Shown here: positions 12,819 through 26,748 of the stretch, in pieces | Position numbering within the stretch: the stretch's first letter is position 1 | How the letters are laid out: each line of letters starts with the position of its first letter | Source of the DNA: Octopus vulgaris | Lineage: Eukaryota | DNA length: 64,000 nt | Direction: 5' to 3' | NCBI GenBank assembly: GCA_951406725.2 | Contig: OX597824.1 | Span: 85,560,001-85,624,000 of the forward strand | Notes under the pieces: model-generated | Database searches by the model: none | What the model was told of the DNA's origin: nothing | What the model saw: the letters and a program-made list of their open reading frames with translations, nothing else | Made by a program: the position numbers and the translations under genes

Positions 12819-13382
12819 ATTAGAGAACAAACATCAAATTCAAGTCAATGACTTTATATAATACCACAGTTCCATACATTTGATCATATATAAATATTAC
12901 CACGGCCTTCGACATATGAAAGGAATACATATATAAAAACACAGAAGGCAAAAAAAATATATGTACATAAAAATACAAAATATATAGAACGGCCAATCAA
13001 GAAGGTATATGCAATCGATTAAAAATTCTAAAGCGTGTCATACGACTAAAAATCTAAATAAAATAATATCAATCGACTAAAGAAATTTTCTTACTCCTCT
13101 CAATTAAAATATGTCAGAAAAGTTTTTTGACATAATTTTAATTGAGGGGAGTAAAAATATTCTTTTAGTCGATTGATGTGATATTTTATTTAAATTTTTC
13201 TTGATAGGTCGTTCTATATATTTGTATTTTTATTTGCATATATATTTTTTACCTTTTGTGTATTTTATATATGCATTCTTTATATGTTAAAAGCGATGGT
13301 AATATTTATATACGCCCAAATGTACGGAAGTGTGGTGTTATATAAAGTCGTTGACTCGAATTTGATATTTGTTCTCTAATCA
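12817..13382. repeat. ~570-bp fold-back (inverted repeat) next to (TA)n
   Basis: gattagagaacaaacatcaaattc... / ...gaatttgatatttgttctctaatc, centre ~13120, roughly 80% arm identity by eye. Confidence 0.9.
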
Positions 13383-13492
13383 AAGTTTTTTTTTATCTCT
13401 GTCTCAATCTCATTAGAATAACTTTTTTACAGTCTTATAAACTTTTTGTGTCAAAAAAAAGAGGCAAAAATGATTTCTTGTCGCATATATTA

Positions 13493-13559
<67 letters not shown>

Positions 13560-13638
13560 TATGTACATATATATATACATATATATATACATATATATAT
13601 ACATATACATATACATATATATATACATATATATATAC

Positions 13639-13744
<106 letters not shown>

Positions 13745-14002
13745 GTGCAGTATGACCGACTGTAAAATTGAAAGAAAAATAATTTTGATGTACTTGTTTT
13801 CGTATTCTGTATAATTTTTTGAAGTATATCTGCGTGTGTGTGAGTGTGTATGTGTGTGTGTGTGTGTGAGAGAGAAGGTATTATGTATGTATGTATGTAT
13901 GTATGTACGTACGTACGTATGTACGTATGTATGTATGTATGTATGTATGTATGTATGTATGTATGTATGTATGTACGTATGTGCGCATGCATGTATGTAT
14001 GT

Positions 14003-14790
14003 CATTATTCAATTTTATTTCAGGATTTCTTGCCAATAATGAGCCGGTTTCTAACATAGATCTAAGGTTCCTTCATTGGAATTTCAACATCAAGAGGGTA
14101 TTTTTGCATGTGTATGCGTATGTGTGCAGTATTTAGAATCAGTGCATATACAGATTTGTGTGTTTTGTTTTATGTATTTATTCTCATGCATATATTTGCA
14201 TGTCTAGACATGCATAATATATAATACTTAAATGGTCAACTTCTTGGAAATTTTACAAATTTTTACTGTTCCAGTGATGGCTTGGATCTGTAGTCCCCGA
14301 ATCAGCTTTCTCCTTTCAGGTTTTGAGGAGCCTAGTTTCTCAAGATTGATATTCAGGCAGTGTGTTATATATCCTAGTGGCCATAATAATTACAGGTATA
14401 AACCTGAACTTGTAATCCGGGTAGAGCAATTCCTCAATAGTTCAACGTACGTGATTTCTTTTTCACGGATGTTTAGCTTTAGGTTAACATCCATTGGGCA
14501 GCTGCTTTCCAGTACTGTACACAGTTTCTCTTCTCTATCTCTTATCTGTATGTATGTATGTATGTATGTATGTATGTATGTATGTATGTATGTATGTATG
14601 CATGTATGTATGTATGTATGTATGTGTAGGTATGCGTATATGTATGTTCTCTTTCTCTTTTTGGCCGGCCACCTACATGGTAGCAAGGTTGTAAAGGAAA
14701 GTATCTTATTTTGCTTATCATCCTTTAATTCTTAAGGTTCATGCAGATTTTTATAGTCATAGACATCATGATCATTTATAGTGTATGAAT
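14003..14790 (-). pseudogene. 3' fragment of a restriction-like-endonuclease LINE (R4/NeSL-like), embedded in and split by (TATG)n
   Basis: IRDREEKLCTVLESSCPMDVNLKLNIREKEITY...LGYITHCLNINLEKLG...LQIQAITGTVKICK followed by a 3' UTR. Confidence 0.75.
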
Positions 14791-15247
14791 TCAGTATGTA
14801 TGTATGTATGTATGTATGTATGTATGTATGTATGTATGTATGTATGGATGGATGGATGGATGGATGGATGGATGGATGGATGGATGGATATTCTTAGAAA
14901 GCTTAAAAGGAGAAAAATAATAGGTAACAGAAACAGGAAGTATGGTTAGTACCTGAAAGTATGAAGTGAAAAACGTTACAGGAAAAAGAAAAACGTTGAC
15001 AACGTTACGTTGCAGTGAGCTTAGAAGCTCCGTGCTAAAATAACCAAATTGAAAGTGTTGGTTGTTTATCACACAACCAGTAAACAATGGAGGAATGTGG
15101 TTTTATTTGAATGTACCTTATTTTATTAATTGTTCTTTATTTTCATGGTATGTCATAGTTGTAGTTATGTTTTGTTATTTTGCAGATGAAGATGAGTTTG
15201 GATCTGTTGTTGACCAGGGCACGTAGAATTCCCATATATATATATAC

Positions 15248-15885
15248 GTCAGATGATAAAACGATCGCAGGATTTTCTTGTAAGAGTGTTCCGTTTCCTA
15301 GATAAGTTGTGAGAGTCATTACTAAAGGGTCTGATCCACCCTGGTAGGCTTTCTGCGCGCCTGGGCACCATACCAGGTATTTCTAGGTCCTCGCAATGTC
15401 TGTGCAAGAAGATTTTTTTTAAGTGAGGAAAGGCTGTGCACTGAGTCAATCCCACTCACTAAGCAACAGCAGCCATAATCCGAAAAGAAGAACAAGTCAA
15501 CATCATCGGTAACCACTGAGCCGCAGGTTTTATATCGGAGTTATCCCAGTTACCTGAGTTACCTTCTCCTAGAAGGATGTCCTAACAAAGGCTAGGAGTC
15601 CTTCACTCCCAATGGTTTAACCGCGCGATCGGGTATTCAGTCCGATTATTTCTATGTCCCCGCGCATGATACAGCCTTAAGATATGTATTGGATGGCCGT
15701 TGACTCTCAAGATTTCTTCCGGCCTTTGACGGGTTTTGTTTATCATCCCGCAGGGTGTCCAATAAACACCCTCCTCACCAAGCAAGCTTGGTAGGGTTGC
15801 CGGTTTAGTCGCCGACGACCCGACCATGCAGCAGGTTGTACTGGGTTACATGTTACCAGTAGCACTCGAAAGTGACCTGACATCT
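15248..15885 (-). mobile_element. 5' UTR and ORF start of an RTE-like LINE
   Basis: gtcgtcggcgactaaaccggcaaccc...ttattggacaccctgc; homologue at ~59655-59805 upstream of an RT relic. Confidence 0.5.
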
Positions 15886-15931
15886 CTATATACATATCTC
15901 TATATACATATACATATATACATAAATATAT

Positions 15932-15978
<47 letters not shown>

Positions 15979-16376
15979 AAGGTACTACATGAGTACATAT
16001 AGCGCTAAAAATAGAGGTAAAAAAATACTTCTATACCATCGAATAGTCACAAAGGGAGAATGTTAGTAGCAATGTAGCTGGCAGACTTTGGCTGATGAGA
16101 AAATGGGCACCTATTTGTCGCTAAATTTCGAAATCGGTACCAAGTTGATCAACATTTACTTGTTCTGGCCCAGGACAGGTAAGACATTATTATTGTTCAC
16201 TGATATTTTTCCTATCATGTCTGCAATAGATTATTCGGTGGTACAGAAGTATTTTTTGACTTCTATCATTAGCAATATAGGTACTCATGTAGTACCCTTG
16301 TGTGTATATGTACATATCAAATATTGTATGTATATATTTTATTAATTTGCCTGTATGGTTGATAATTCGCTTACCA

Positions 16377-16439
<63 letters not shown>

Positions 16440-17058
16440 ATTTTATTTATTTTTTTTTTGTTCTTTTCTTCCCTTTTACGATCCCTCTTGATCGAAAACC
16501 TACGCCACCCCTTTTTTTTTCTTTTTTTTTGTTTCTTTTGTTTTTTGTTTTTTTCATCCCCCAAAAGAAAAGCTCTACCTTGTAACTTGTCCCATCTGTG
16601 TGCAGCCCTGTGTGGCCAATAAAGAAACTTATCTATGATTGTATGTATGTATGTATGTATGTATGTATGTATGTATGTATGTATGTATGTATGTATGTAT
16701 GTATGTATGTATTACATGATTGTTGTGATGGGATTCAACCAACATTTCCGTTTGCTTTCATTTAACAGTTACCTTGTGTAAGCACAAAATGAGCACAATG
16801 CTTTCTGCTGACAGTTCCAATTTATTTAGCGTAGCACAGACGTCAAACAGTCCCAAAAATTAAAAAAAATCATTTCCATTCAGCCACCACTATAGAGATG
16901 CTATGGACAAGAGAGATTTTCTCTGAATGGATATGCATATAAACAGAAGAAGAAAAAAACAGAAAATAGAACAAAATTTAACTTTTCTTCCTCATTAAAA
17001 CACTTTTTGTTATTGCAGTTTTTTAATTCCCAAGATTTTTCAATAAATTCTAATTTTC

Positions 17059-18570
17059 TTCTTTTATTCAAATTGCTCAAAAATTTAAAAATGTATTAAT
17101 TCCTTTCAAACTGAACTTTAAAATATCACCACGAATTATAATTCTAATTAATTTGCTCTGTTAAAGAAAACTGTGAAATAACTGTCTGGATTATGTCCTA
17201 TGGCTGCACGACAGTACAGCTAATGACATTGGTATTATTTTTCATCCGATTTTCGTTTTTAATTACACTGAAAATACCGTATTTCTCGGCATGTAAGACG
17301 CAATTTTTTTCCCCATAAAATGTCTCAAAGAACGCTGAGTTTTATAATTGAAATTGGTTCTATATTACATGCTTTAATGCATTTTTGCGCCCTTTTAAAG
17401 CCCAGCCAGGCTCATGGGCCCGGTTTCCCGGTTTCAATGGCGTATGTGTTCCCCAGCTTGATGGGACGCCAGTCCATCGCAGCGTTACTCATTTTTGCCA
17501 GCTGAGTGGACTGGAACAACGTGAAATGAAGTGCTTTGCTCAAGAACACAACGCGTCGCCCGGTCAAGGAATCGAAACCACAATCTTACGATAATGATGC
17601 TGACACCCTAACCACTAAGCCACTCGCCTCCACCTTTAATGCATTAGAGCATGTAAAAAGGGGTATGACTTTAAACTGCATCTAGTAGTGGGACCCTGGT
17701 TCGGGAGTTCCGGTGTTTTGAGGAGTGTGGTATCACTTTTTAGGCACTGTTGTCCCCAGTCTACCCTGACTCGGAAGTAGTAACGCTGTCAGGGCCCTGG
17801 CTATGGGTTAAACAGCATGTGATCACTCGAGCCAGAGTACATTGAAATCATGGGATACAAGCATGATGGATATGCACTGTTTTTGGCAGATGAACTTACT
17901 GAGTCATTAGCAAATATCACTAGACGCTGAGCGGATATACAGTCAACAAACTGTTAATGGCCAGGATCAACCGGTACAGTTAGCGAACTACAGCTATCAT
18001 CTGTAGTCGTGACGTGTGCAGATGAGATATTTCAAGTAGCGAAAGATCAATGTCACTAAAATCCAGGCCAGACATACATGCATCATCGCTCTGATGTGGA
18101 AGAGTTACATTGATCAACCTAGACGATGAATGAGGGTTCAGTAAATAACCTAGACGAATGAAAATATTAAAATCCTTTTTCGTTAAACATGGTACTTATT
18201 TTTAGTTGAAGCCTTGTGATTAAAAGGTTTACCTGGCTAGCAAAAAATGCATTAAAGCATGTAATATAGGACCAATTTCGATTATAGAGCTCAGCGTATT
18301 TTGAGACATTTTATGGAAAAAAAAATTGCGTCTTACATGCCGAGAAATACGGTATTCTCAGTGTAATTAAAAACGAAAATTCGGATGAAAAGTAATACCA
18401 ATGTCATTAGCTGTACTGTCGTGCAGCCATAGGACGTAATCCAGACAGTTATTTCACAGTTTTCTTTAGCAGAGCAAATTAATTAGAATTATAATTCGAG
18501 GTGATATTTTAAAGTTCAGTTTGAAAGGAATTAATATATTTTTAAATTTTTGAGCAATTTGAATAAAAGG
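17059..18570. repeat. ~330-bp inverted repeats (17059-17386 / 18242-18570) containing pogo/Tigger-like MITE termini
   Basis: Arms highly similar; TA-CCGTATTTCTCGGCATGTAAGACGC at ~17275 and inverted at ~18354. Confidence 0.9.
17396..17633 (-). mobile_element. SINE, family B-related head with a different tail
   Basis: ggaggcgagtggcttagtggttaggg..ggtttcgattcc tRNA head. Confidence 0.8.
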
Positions 18571-19822
18571 TTTACCATGCTAGCTTCGATTCCAATGCAA
18601 GGCGTATAGGGCAAGAATCAGTTGTAGGTAAATCAATGTCTTGGAAGTGAAATCTTGTTGACGAAAAATCCGTGAAAACTCGAGTTTGTGTGTATGTGTG
18701 TTCTTTACTATATTTAATTATTGGAAACCTTCCTGTCAGGAAGGAGCTGGTTTCTAGCAAATATACAAAGCTCATTCGATGGAATGAAGATAAGAAAAAC
18801 AATCCACACATTGAACTTGCATGTATTTATCGGTTTTGTGTGTATTATGCACAACACGTCATAAACCCGGAAGAAATGAAATCAATTTAAGTAGAACACC
18901 GCACTGTGACTGTAATAAGAATGTAAACTGATTCTTCCTATGCTACCGATGAGCAAGAAAATAGAGAGACGGACTCTTTCACGGTTTGTTGATGGCTCCG
19001 CAGAGAAGTCGTACCCGGTTTGCATATCCTCTTAATAGCATAGCTCATCTGCTATATAAAGCAGACATAAATTAAAATAGCGCTTTAGTGGCAATCTTAT
19101 TTGCATATTTGTGTTTTTGACGACTCGTCATAAATTAAACGATATCTTTGGCTGGATCGTTAGCACGCTGGGCGAAATGCTGAGCGGTATTTCGTCTGCC
19201 GTTACGTTCTGAGTTCAAATTCCGCCGAGGTCGACTTTACCTTTCATCCTTTCGGGCTCGACAAAATAAGTAATAGTTGAATATCGAGGTCGATGTAATC
19301 AACTTACACCAACACCGAAATTGCTGCTCTTGTGCCAAAATTTGAAAACAGTTAAAACAATATAAAATTTATGCACAACATTTATGCGTAAATAGGAACT
19401 TATAATGTGTGTGAGCTTGTGTGTAACGAATTATGTATTAGAAGCTACTCTCTAACAAAGAACACAAAACTACTTTACATAAAGAATAAATATTATCTAT
19501 TAGATTATATGATCTGTGACAAAGGGCCAGATGTTTCGCTCTGAGTAATTTTACAAATAAAAAAACTATTTTTGTAACTCACCCCCCACACACACACCCA
19601 CACCCACACACACACACATGTATATATGTAGAAACACATATAAAACCGAGAGAGCTACCTATGTATATTGACCAGTGTATTCATTCCAGCTTTCTGTTTT
19701 ACACATGTATAAACTTTGAATTAAATCATTTCATTTGCACATTGATTTCGTGACTCGAAAGACTCATAAGTAATCTTGTAAATTCTATCACCTGAATAAC
19801 AGCCACGAGCGCGTGCGTATTA

Positions 19823-19900
<78 letters not shown>

Positions 19901-19916
19901 TGACACAAACAGGTTT

Positions 19917-20340
19917 ACTCTTTTACACTTCTTTTGGTTTCAGTCATTTGACTACATCCATACTGGAGCACCGCTTTGAGAGGTTTTAATCGAATGATCG
20001 ACCCTAGGACTTTTTTTTAAAAGCCTCGCACTTATTTTATCAGATATTTTTGCCGAAGCGATAAATTACGGGGACATAAACACACCAACATCGATTGTCA
20101 AGTGGTGATGGTGGGACAAACACAAACACGACTTACACGCATAGATAGAGACACACACACATCCATTTATATATATACATTGGACGGGTTTTTATCAGCC
20201 TTCGTCTACCAAATCCACTCATGTGGTTTTGGTCGGCTCGAGGCTATAGTAGAAAACACTTGCCCAAGGTACCACGCAGTGAGACTAAACCCAAAACCAC
20301 GATCTTGCGACTGACAAAGCACCACCTTAACCACAAGACT
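19917..20340 (-). mobile_element. SINE family C (diverged)
   Basis: Similar to 21071-21497. Confidence 0.8.
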
Positions 20341-20354
20341 AGGTACCTTCACTC

Positions 20355-20483
<129 letters not shown>

Positions 20484-20673
20484 TGTGTGCATCAAACTAT
20501 CTATCTATCTAAGAAAGAGAGAGAGCGCTGCACTAGACAGAATGAGAAAGAGAGAGCTGGATATATTTGGATTATATATATATGTGTGTGTGTGTGTGTG
20601 TATGTGTGTAGTGAGAGAGAGACAGACAGACAATTAGACAGACATACAGACAGACAGATAGATAGATAGACAA

Positions 20674-20742
<69 letters not shown>

Positions 20743-21070
20743 CCAAATAAGACGAAGAATGATTTTAGCACATCTTCATTATCAGTTATGATTTGTTCAC
20801 GTACCGCACCGCTTTCGACGTCATAGCACGTAAATTATTTCATGTGAACAGTTGCACAATATTTGCGGTTGATTACATTAGAGTGGCACTTCATCTGACG
20901 AGCATCAAAAGGTATGCTCTTAAATATATTAAAGCCTACGCGTGTACGTCCGATTCTCCTCCCATCCTTCCTCTTTTATGCAACAACCGTCCGTTTTCCT
21001 CCTACGGCCTCATTTTTCACGTCTCTTCTTATTCCCCATTCCCATTCATTTATCATATTCTCTTATTCTC

Positions 21071-21280
21071 TCTTTTACTTGTTTCAGTCATTTGACTGCG
21101 GCCATGCTGGAGCACCGCCCTCAATCGAGCAAATCGACCCTCGGGACTTATTCTTTTTTTAAGCCCAGTACTTATTCTATCGGACTCTTTTGCCGAACCG
21201 CTAAGTAACGGGGACGTAAACACACCAGCATCGGTTGTCAAGCAATGCTACGGGGACAAACACAGACACACAAACACACA

Positions 21281-21333
<53 letters not shown>

Positions 21334-21497
21334 GACGGGCTTCTTTCAGGTTCCGTCTACCAAATCCACTCACAAGGCTTTGGTCGGCCCGAGGCTATAG
21401 TAGAAGACACTTGCCCAAGGTACCACGCAGTGGGACTGAACCCGGAACTATGTGGTTGGTAAACAAGCTACTTACCACACAGCCACTCCTGCGCCTA
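21071..21497 (-). mobile_element. SINE family C with internal (TA)n/(TG)n
   Basis: ggcgcaggagtggctgtgtggtaag...gggttcagtccc head, accttgggcaagt CORE-like box, gaaacaagtaaaagag tail. Confidence 0.9.
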
Positions 21498-21510
21498 AAA
21501 GTTAATGGGA

Positions 21511-21629
21511 TGCTTACAGCACCTAGGTTTCCCAAGCGGTCACCCATCTAAGTACTAACTAGGCTCGATGTTGCTTAACTTCGGTGATCGGACGAAAACC
21601 GGTGCTTTCAACGTGATATGGCCGTGAGC
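21511..21629 (-). rRNA. 5S rRNA gene (solitary variant; may be a pseudogene)
   Basis: gctcacggccatatcacgttgaaagcaccggttttcgtccgatcaccgaagttaagcaacatcgagcctagttagtacttagatgggtgaccgcttgggaaacctaggtgctgtaagc; full length, internal A/C boxes intact. Confidence 0.93.
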
Positions 21630-21734
21630 ATATGCTCTCTTTCGCTATCGATATCTGTTTCTTTCTTCATCTCCTACCCTTTTTCACATTCTTTATTTTC
21701 ATCAGGGTCACCCCATTTTTAAGAACGCTCTCTT

Positions 21735-21818
21735 TCTGTCTGTCTGTCTGTCTGTCTTCTGTCTGTCTGTCTGTCTGCCTTCTGTCTGTCTGTCTGTCTG
21801 TCTTCTGTCTGTCTGTCT

Positions 21819-21857
<39 letters not shown>

Positions 21858-22125
21858 TCTGTCTGTTTGTCTGTCTTCTGTCTGTCTGTCTGTCTGCCTT
21901 CTGTCTGTCTGTCTTCTGTCTGTTTGTCTGTCTTCTGTCTGTCTGTCTGTCTTCTGTCTGTTTGTCTGTCTTCTGTCTGTTTGTCTGTCTTCTGTCTGTC
22001 TGTCTGTCTTCTGTCTGTTTGTCTGCCTTCTGTCTGTCTGTCTGTCTGTCTGTCTTCTGTCTGTCTGTCTTATGTCTGTCTGTTTGTCTGCCTTCTGTCT
22101 GTCTGTCTGTCTGTCTCTCTGTCTC
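21735..22125. repeat. (TCTG)n degenerate microsatellite
   Basis: Visible directly. Confidence 0.95.
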
Positions 22126-22393
22126 TCTCACACACACACACGTTTACTGATCTGCATAAAAATTTGCCAGCGTTTTCGGACGTTTGACACCAAAACACTG
22201 TCACCAAAACACTATCTTTATTTACCTCTCCAAACGTTGTCACCCGGTTCTTGGATTCTCATCCCTTCTCAATTTTATGCAACAATTTCTGTTCATCCAC
22301 TTCTGCCTTCCTTCAAACTTTCTATGTTTTTATTCTCTACCCATTCCTCGTTCTCTTTCATTTATCATGTACTTCTTCTCCCACTTCATCCCT

Positions 22394-22429
<36 letters not shown>

Positions 22430-22464
22430 GTTCGCTCGCTTGCTCGCTCTCATACGATACTCTT

Positions 22465-22678
22465 ACTCTTTACTCTTTTACTTGTTTCAGTCATTTGACT
22501 GCGGCCATGCTGGAGCACCGCCTTTAATCGAGCAACTCGACCCCGGGACTTATTCTTTGTAAGCCCAGTACTTATTCTATCGGTCTCTTTTGCCGAACCG
22601 CTAAGTTACGGGGACATAAACACACCAGCATCGGTTGTCAAGCGATGTTGGATAGGACAAACACAGACACACAAACAT

Positions 22679-22756
<78 letters not shown>

Positions 22757-22917
22757 GACGGGCTTCTTTCAGTTTCCATCTACCATATCCATTCACAAGG
22801 CTTTAGTCAGCCCGAGGCTATAGTAGAAGACACTTGCCCGAGATGCCACGCAGTGGGACTGAACCCGGAACCATGTGGTTGGTTAGCAAGCTACTTACCA
22901 CACAGCCACTCCTGCGC
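22465..22917 (-). mobile_element. SINE family C
   Basis: Full-length match to 21071-21497. Confidence 0.9.
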
Positions 22918-23034
22918 CGATGTCTGTTTTTCTTTTACATCTCCCCTCTTTTTCTCTTACAATTTCACTGTCTTCACTGACAGCTAATTCTTATGAATAT
23001 TCACTCTTTATTGCTATACATTTGTCTTTCCTCG

Positions 23035-23099
<65 letters not shown>

Positions 23100-23103
23100 T
23101 GTT

Positions 23104-23149
<46 letters not shown>

Positions 23150-24505
23150 CCTCCCTCCCTCTGTTTCTCTCTCTCTGTCTGTCAAAACGCACTGCTCCGC
23201 CTAAAAACCTGCCAGCGTTTTCAGATATTTGACATCAAACGTTATTTTATTTAAACACAGTCTTTGTTTACATTCCCATATGTTCTGTCAATAGATTCCT
23301 CTATCGCATTTATTCCTTGAAATTCCATTTTTACTTTCTTCATCCTACAGCCACAGGCCAACATTACACAGTTATAATTTCATTCTAGACTATCAACATT
23401 CGTGTAGCTTCTTGAGTGTTCTTTCCTTTCAAATAAAACTTTTTTTTTCATCTCTAGTATAACAGGAAAGGTCGCTTGCTTAAAATAGATTTTTTTTAAA
23501 AATCGATTTCCATCAATAATACCACGGAAGAAAAGTGCCCCACCCACAACTTCTTTTGCAAGTTGGTTTAGAGAGCAAGTGGAAACAAATTAACAGCATC
23601 AACAAAGATTCAAGCAAATGCTGTTAGGAATGCAACTGGCAGTAAACTTGAAACTGACACCGAATGTGATACGCACTGTAAACAGAATGCTACCCCAGAC
23701 AGGTTGACCAAATGGAGGCAGCTGATGAACGACAGGTTCGCCTTCAACAGAATGCTGCTAAGAGTTGCAGCATTGTTAGACACCATGAAACCCTATGACA
23801 GCGCCGGGCCCGGTAGAAAGCTCAAGGAGCAAGACGAGCACAGGCTAGAATCAAACAACTGTGGCGAAGTGGTGCTTTTAACTTTGATACTGGAGAGGGC
23901 TATGCTCCTGAGATAATAGTTTCGTTTGGTACCATGCCTAAAATTTATGACAATTGATTGGCCAAGAAATAGAAACAAGAAACAAATGCAATGTAATGTC
24001 CAGATGGAAAAGTTAATTTACTAGTTCTTAGTGGTCCACCACTGCTCCTAAAACAGCCTTTATTGAAGAATCAAAGCATTTTTTTAAAGAAACTCAGAAA
24101 ATATAATCCTGCTTTCCAAATTACTTCTTTTGCAGCCATCATCATCATAGGAGAGGAATTTGTCCCAACTTTTTAGTTCACTTCTGCCCCTCCCTAATCA
24201 AGAGTCCCGATTTCTGATGTTGTACTTTGCCGATGACTTGAAGTAACAGGTTCATAATAGAAAGACCATCTCTCCAGGAACAACGGTTGACTTATTTATT
24301 AAATTTCAAAGTAATGGTTACATTAATCTGATTTTACATTAAACTTTTGTAGAGTACAAATTTATCATTCTTATATAAGAATGTTGATTTTAACTCAACG
24401 GAGACTATATAAAGGCAAACTAAACTCTAATGCATCGCAATATGATGATGACGTATCTGGCCGAAACTTCGAAGTCACTGTCAACAACATTCTTGTATAA
24501 TATAC

Positions 24506-24557
<52 letters not shown>

Positions 24558-24559
24558 AT

Positions 24560-24815
24560 AATCATCACCATCATTGTTCGACCGTGGTCGAGACAATGGA
24601 ATTTACCATGCTACGCCAGACTTCAAGGTCCATCATGGCATTACGGAGGTCCTGTTGCTGGATGCCTGTATCCCTGGAGATTACATCAGGGTAGGAGAGT
24701 GCGCGCCCTCTGGTATTGCGAGTAGATGGCTTCCAGAGGAAAAGAGTAGAAATTACTTCTTTTTCAGCTCTACAACAATGTCCAGCAAACTGGACTCTCT
24801 TACCTTTCACAAGGT
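24560..24815 (-). pseudogene. RTE-clade LINE 3' end
   Basis: LFLWKP..RGRALSYPDVISRDTG...DLRNAMMDLEVWRSMV then a (TGA)n-like tail. Confidence 0.8.
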
Positions 24816-24933
24816 ATACATACATATTATTATAATAATAAAAATAAGTGACAACAAAAGAATGAGACCTCGATATTAGAGAAATAGAGTATAATTATTT
24901 GTTATAATTTAGAACAAACACTAAGTTGTTATT

Positions 24934-24992
24934 ATAGTACTAGGAGTTTCGAATGTAGAAGCGAAGAACTACGATGCATTCTCATCGGCTAT
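24934..24992 (-). ncRNA. Hammerhead ribozyme motif (CCGAUGA variant)
   Basis: atag CCGATGA gaatg-[21 nt]-cattc GAAA c-tccta-g TA ctat. Confidence 0.65.
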
Positions 24993-25244
24993 TAATGGCA
25001 ACAGACGCTATGAAAAACCGTTGAATAAAAGGGAAGTTACTCTAATAGGTAGAAAAAGAAAAAAAGAAAAAGATAAAAAATACACGCAATCATATTCTCA
25101 CAATATATAGACATAAACCTCCTACGTTCATAACGCCTACATACGTACACACTCATACAAACACGTATGCGTACATGCACATACACATACAAACATATAT
25201 GTAGATGTATATACTCATACATACATACATACATATATACATGC

Positions 25245-25324
<80 letters not shown>

Positions 25325-25326
25325 AA

Positions 25327-25413
<87 letters not shown>

Positions 25414-25757
25414 TCATGTGTGCACACCACAAATAGACACGAAGGCACGTGCATTCGTTCATGCGAATGGTATGTTAAGACCACTAAAGTATTGAAATAA
25501 CGCACTAAGATCAGGTGTCCATTCTTGAGCTGGGGTTTATATCCAAAATAAATGACAACCTACACAGTAAAGATCATTTTCTTAGAAATTATATTAAACA
25601 CACGGACGATTTCTTCCACTTCTTTCTTGGTCAGTAACATAAGTCAGTACATAACATCTGAGAATATATTTTCCAATCTAACTTCTCGTCATAATCGGCT
25701 GAATATGACAGCTTATATATTTTGATTACTCTATCTACTCTCTTGATCCCTCTCTCA

Positions 25758-25803
<46 letters not shown>

Positions 25804-26127
25804 GTATAAATAAATAAAAATATATATTTGCGTGTGTGTATGTGTGTGTGAGAGAGAGAGAAAGAGTACCTCTGAGTACGCGTACGTGATGGTTTGCGGG
25901 GAGAAAATAAGAGAAAATATATACAAAAATACATATAAAACTGTCACTTCCAGGCGATTATGACGTGAAGTTACAATAAAAATATACACTAAAAACGTCA
26001 TTTTATCGACTTAGGCACCACTGACCAAGATATTGGCGCGCATGCGCGCGTTATGTGTGTGCGCGCGTCAGTGTGTCTGCGTGTCTATAATATGTGTACG
26101 TGTATGCATGTATATATTCGTATCTGC

Positions 26128-26168
<41 letters not shown>

Positions 26169-26624
26169 TACATATATATATATGTGTGTGTGTGTATATA
26201 TTTATATATGTGTATGCACGCACATTCACACATACGTATGTATATTGTCTGTGCATATATTTATATATGTACGAGTAAGTGTGCGTGCGTGTATATGTAG
26301 GTGCATGTGTGTGTATGTGCTTGTGTGTGTGGGGGGGAGGTGACAGCATACACGCGTGCATATAATTCATACGTTTACGGAATCGGACACAATCATACAT
26401 TTATATCGCGAGAGAGTATATCTATTGATTTCCATAAATCATTTCGATTTGGAAGTGCTTGTGTTGTTATTTATTCTCTTTCCTTCCTTGCCACGGATGT
26501 TGTCAGTCAAAGCGAATATTTATTTATTTATTCCCACATGATTTGAAGGGAATCAGAGACTCCATTGTCCGATAAACTACACACAAAACACATACTACAT
26601 CCCCAGAAATATACAGACACAATC

Positions 26625-26714
26625 ACATACATACATACGTACATACATACATACATACATACATACATACATACATACATACATACATACGTACATACAT
26701 ACAAACATAATACG

Positions 26715-26748
<34 letters not shown>

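Noticed and set aside
15185-15225. Possible exon after ttttgcag (DEDEFGSVVDQG)
   Set aside because: Too short, no donor or partner exon, no recognisable protein
20893-20922. CTGACGA followed by a gcat/atgc hairpin
   Set aside because: GAAA and cleavage site missing
23500-24240. Possible Tx1/L1-like 3' relic (AAKEVIWK on minus strand)
   Set aside because: A single weak motif; cannot be supported without a search
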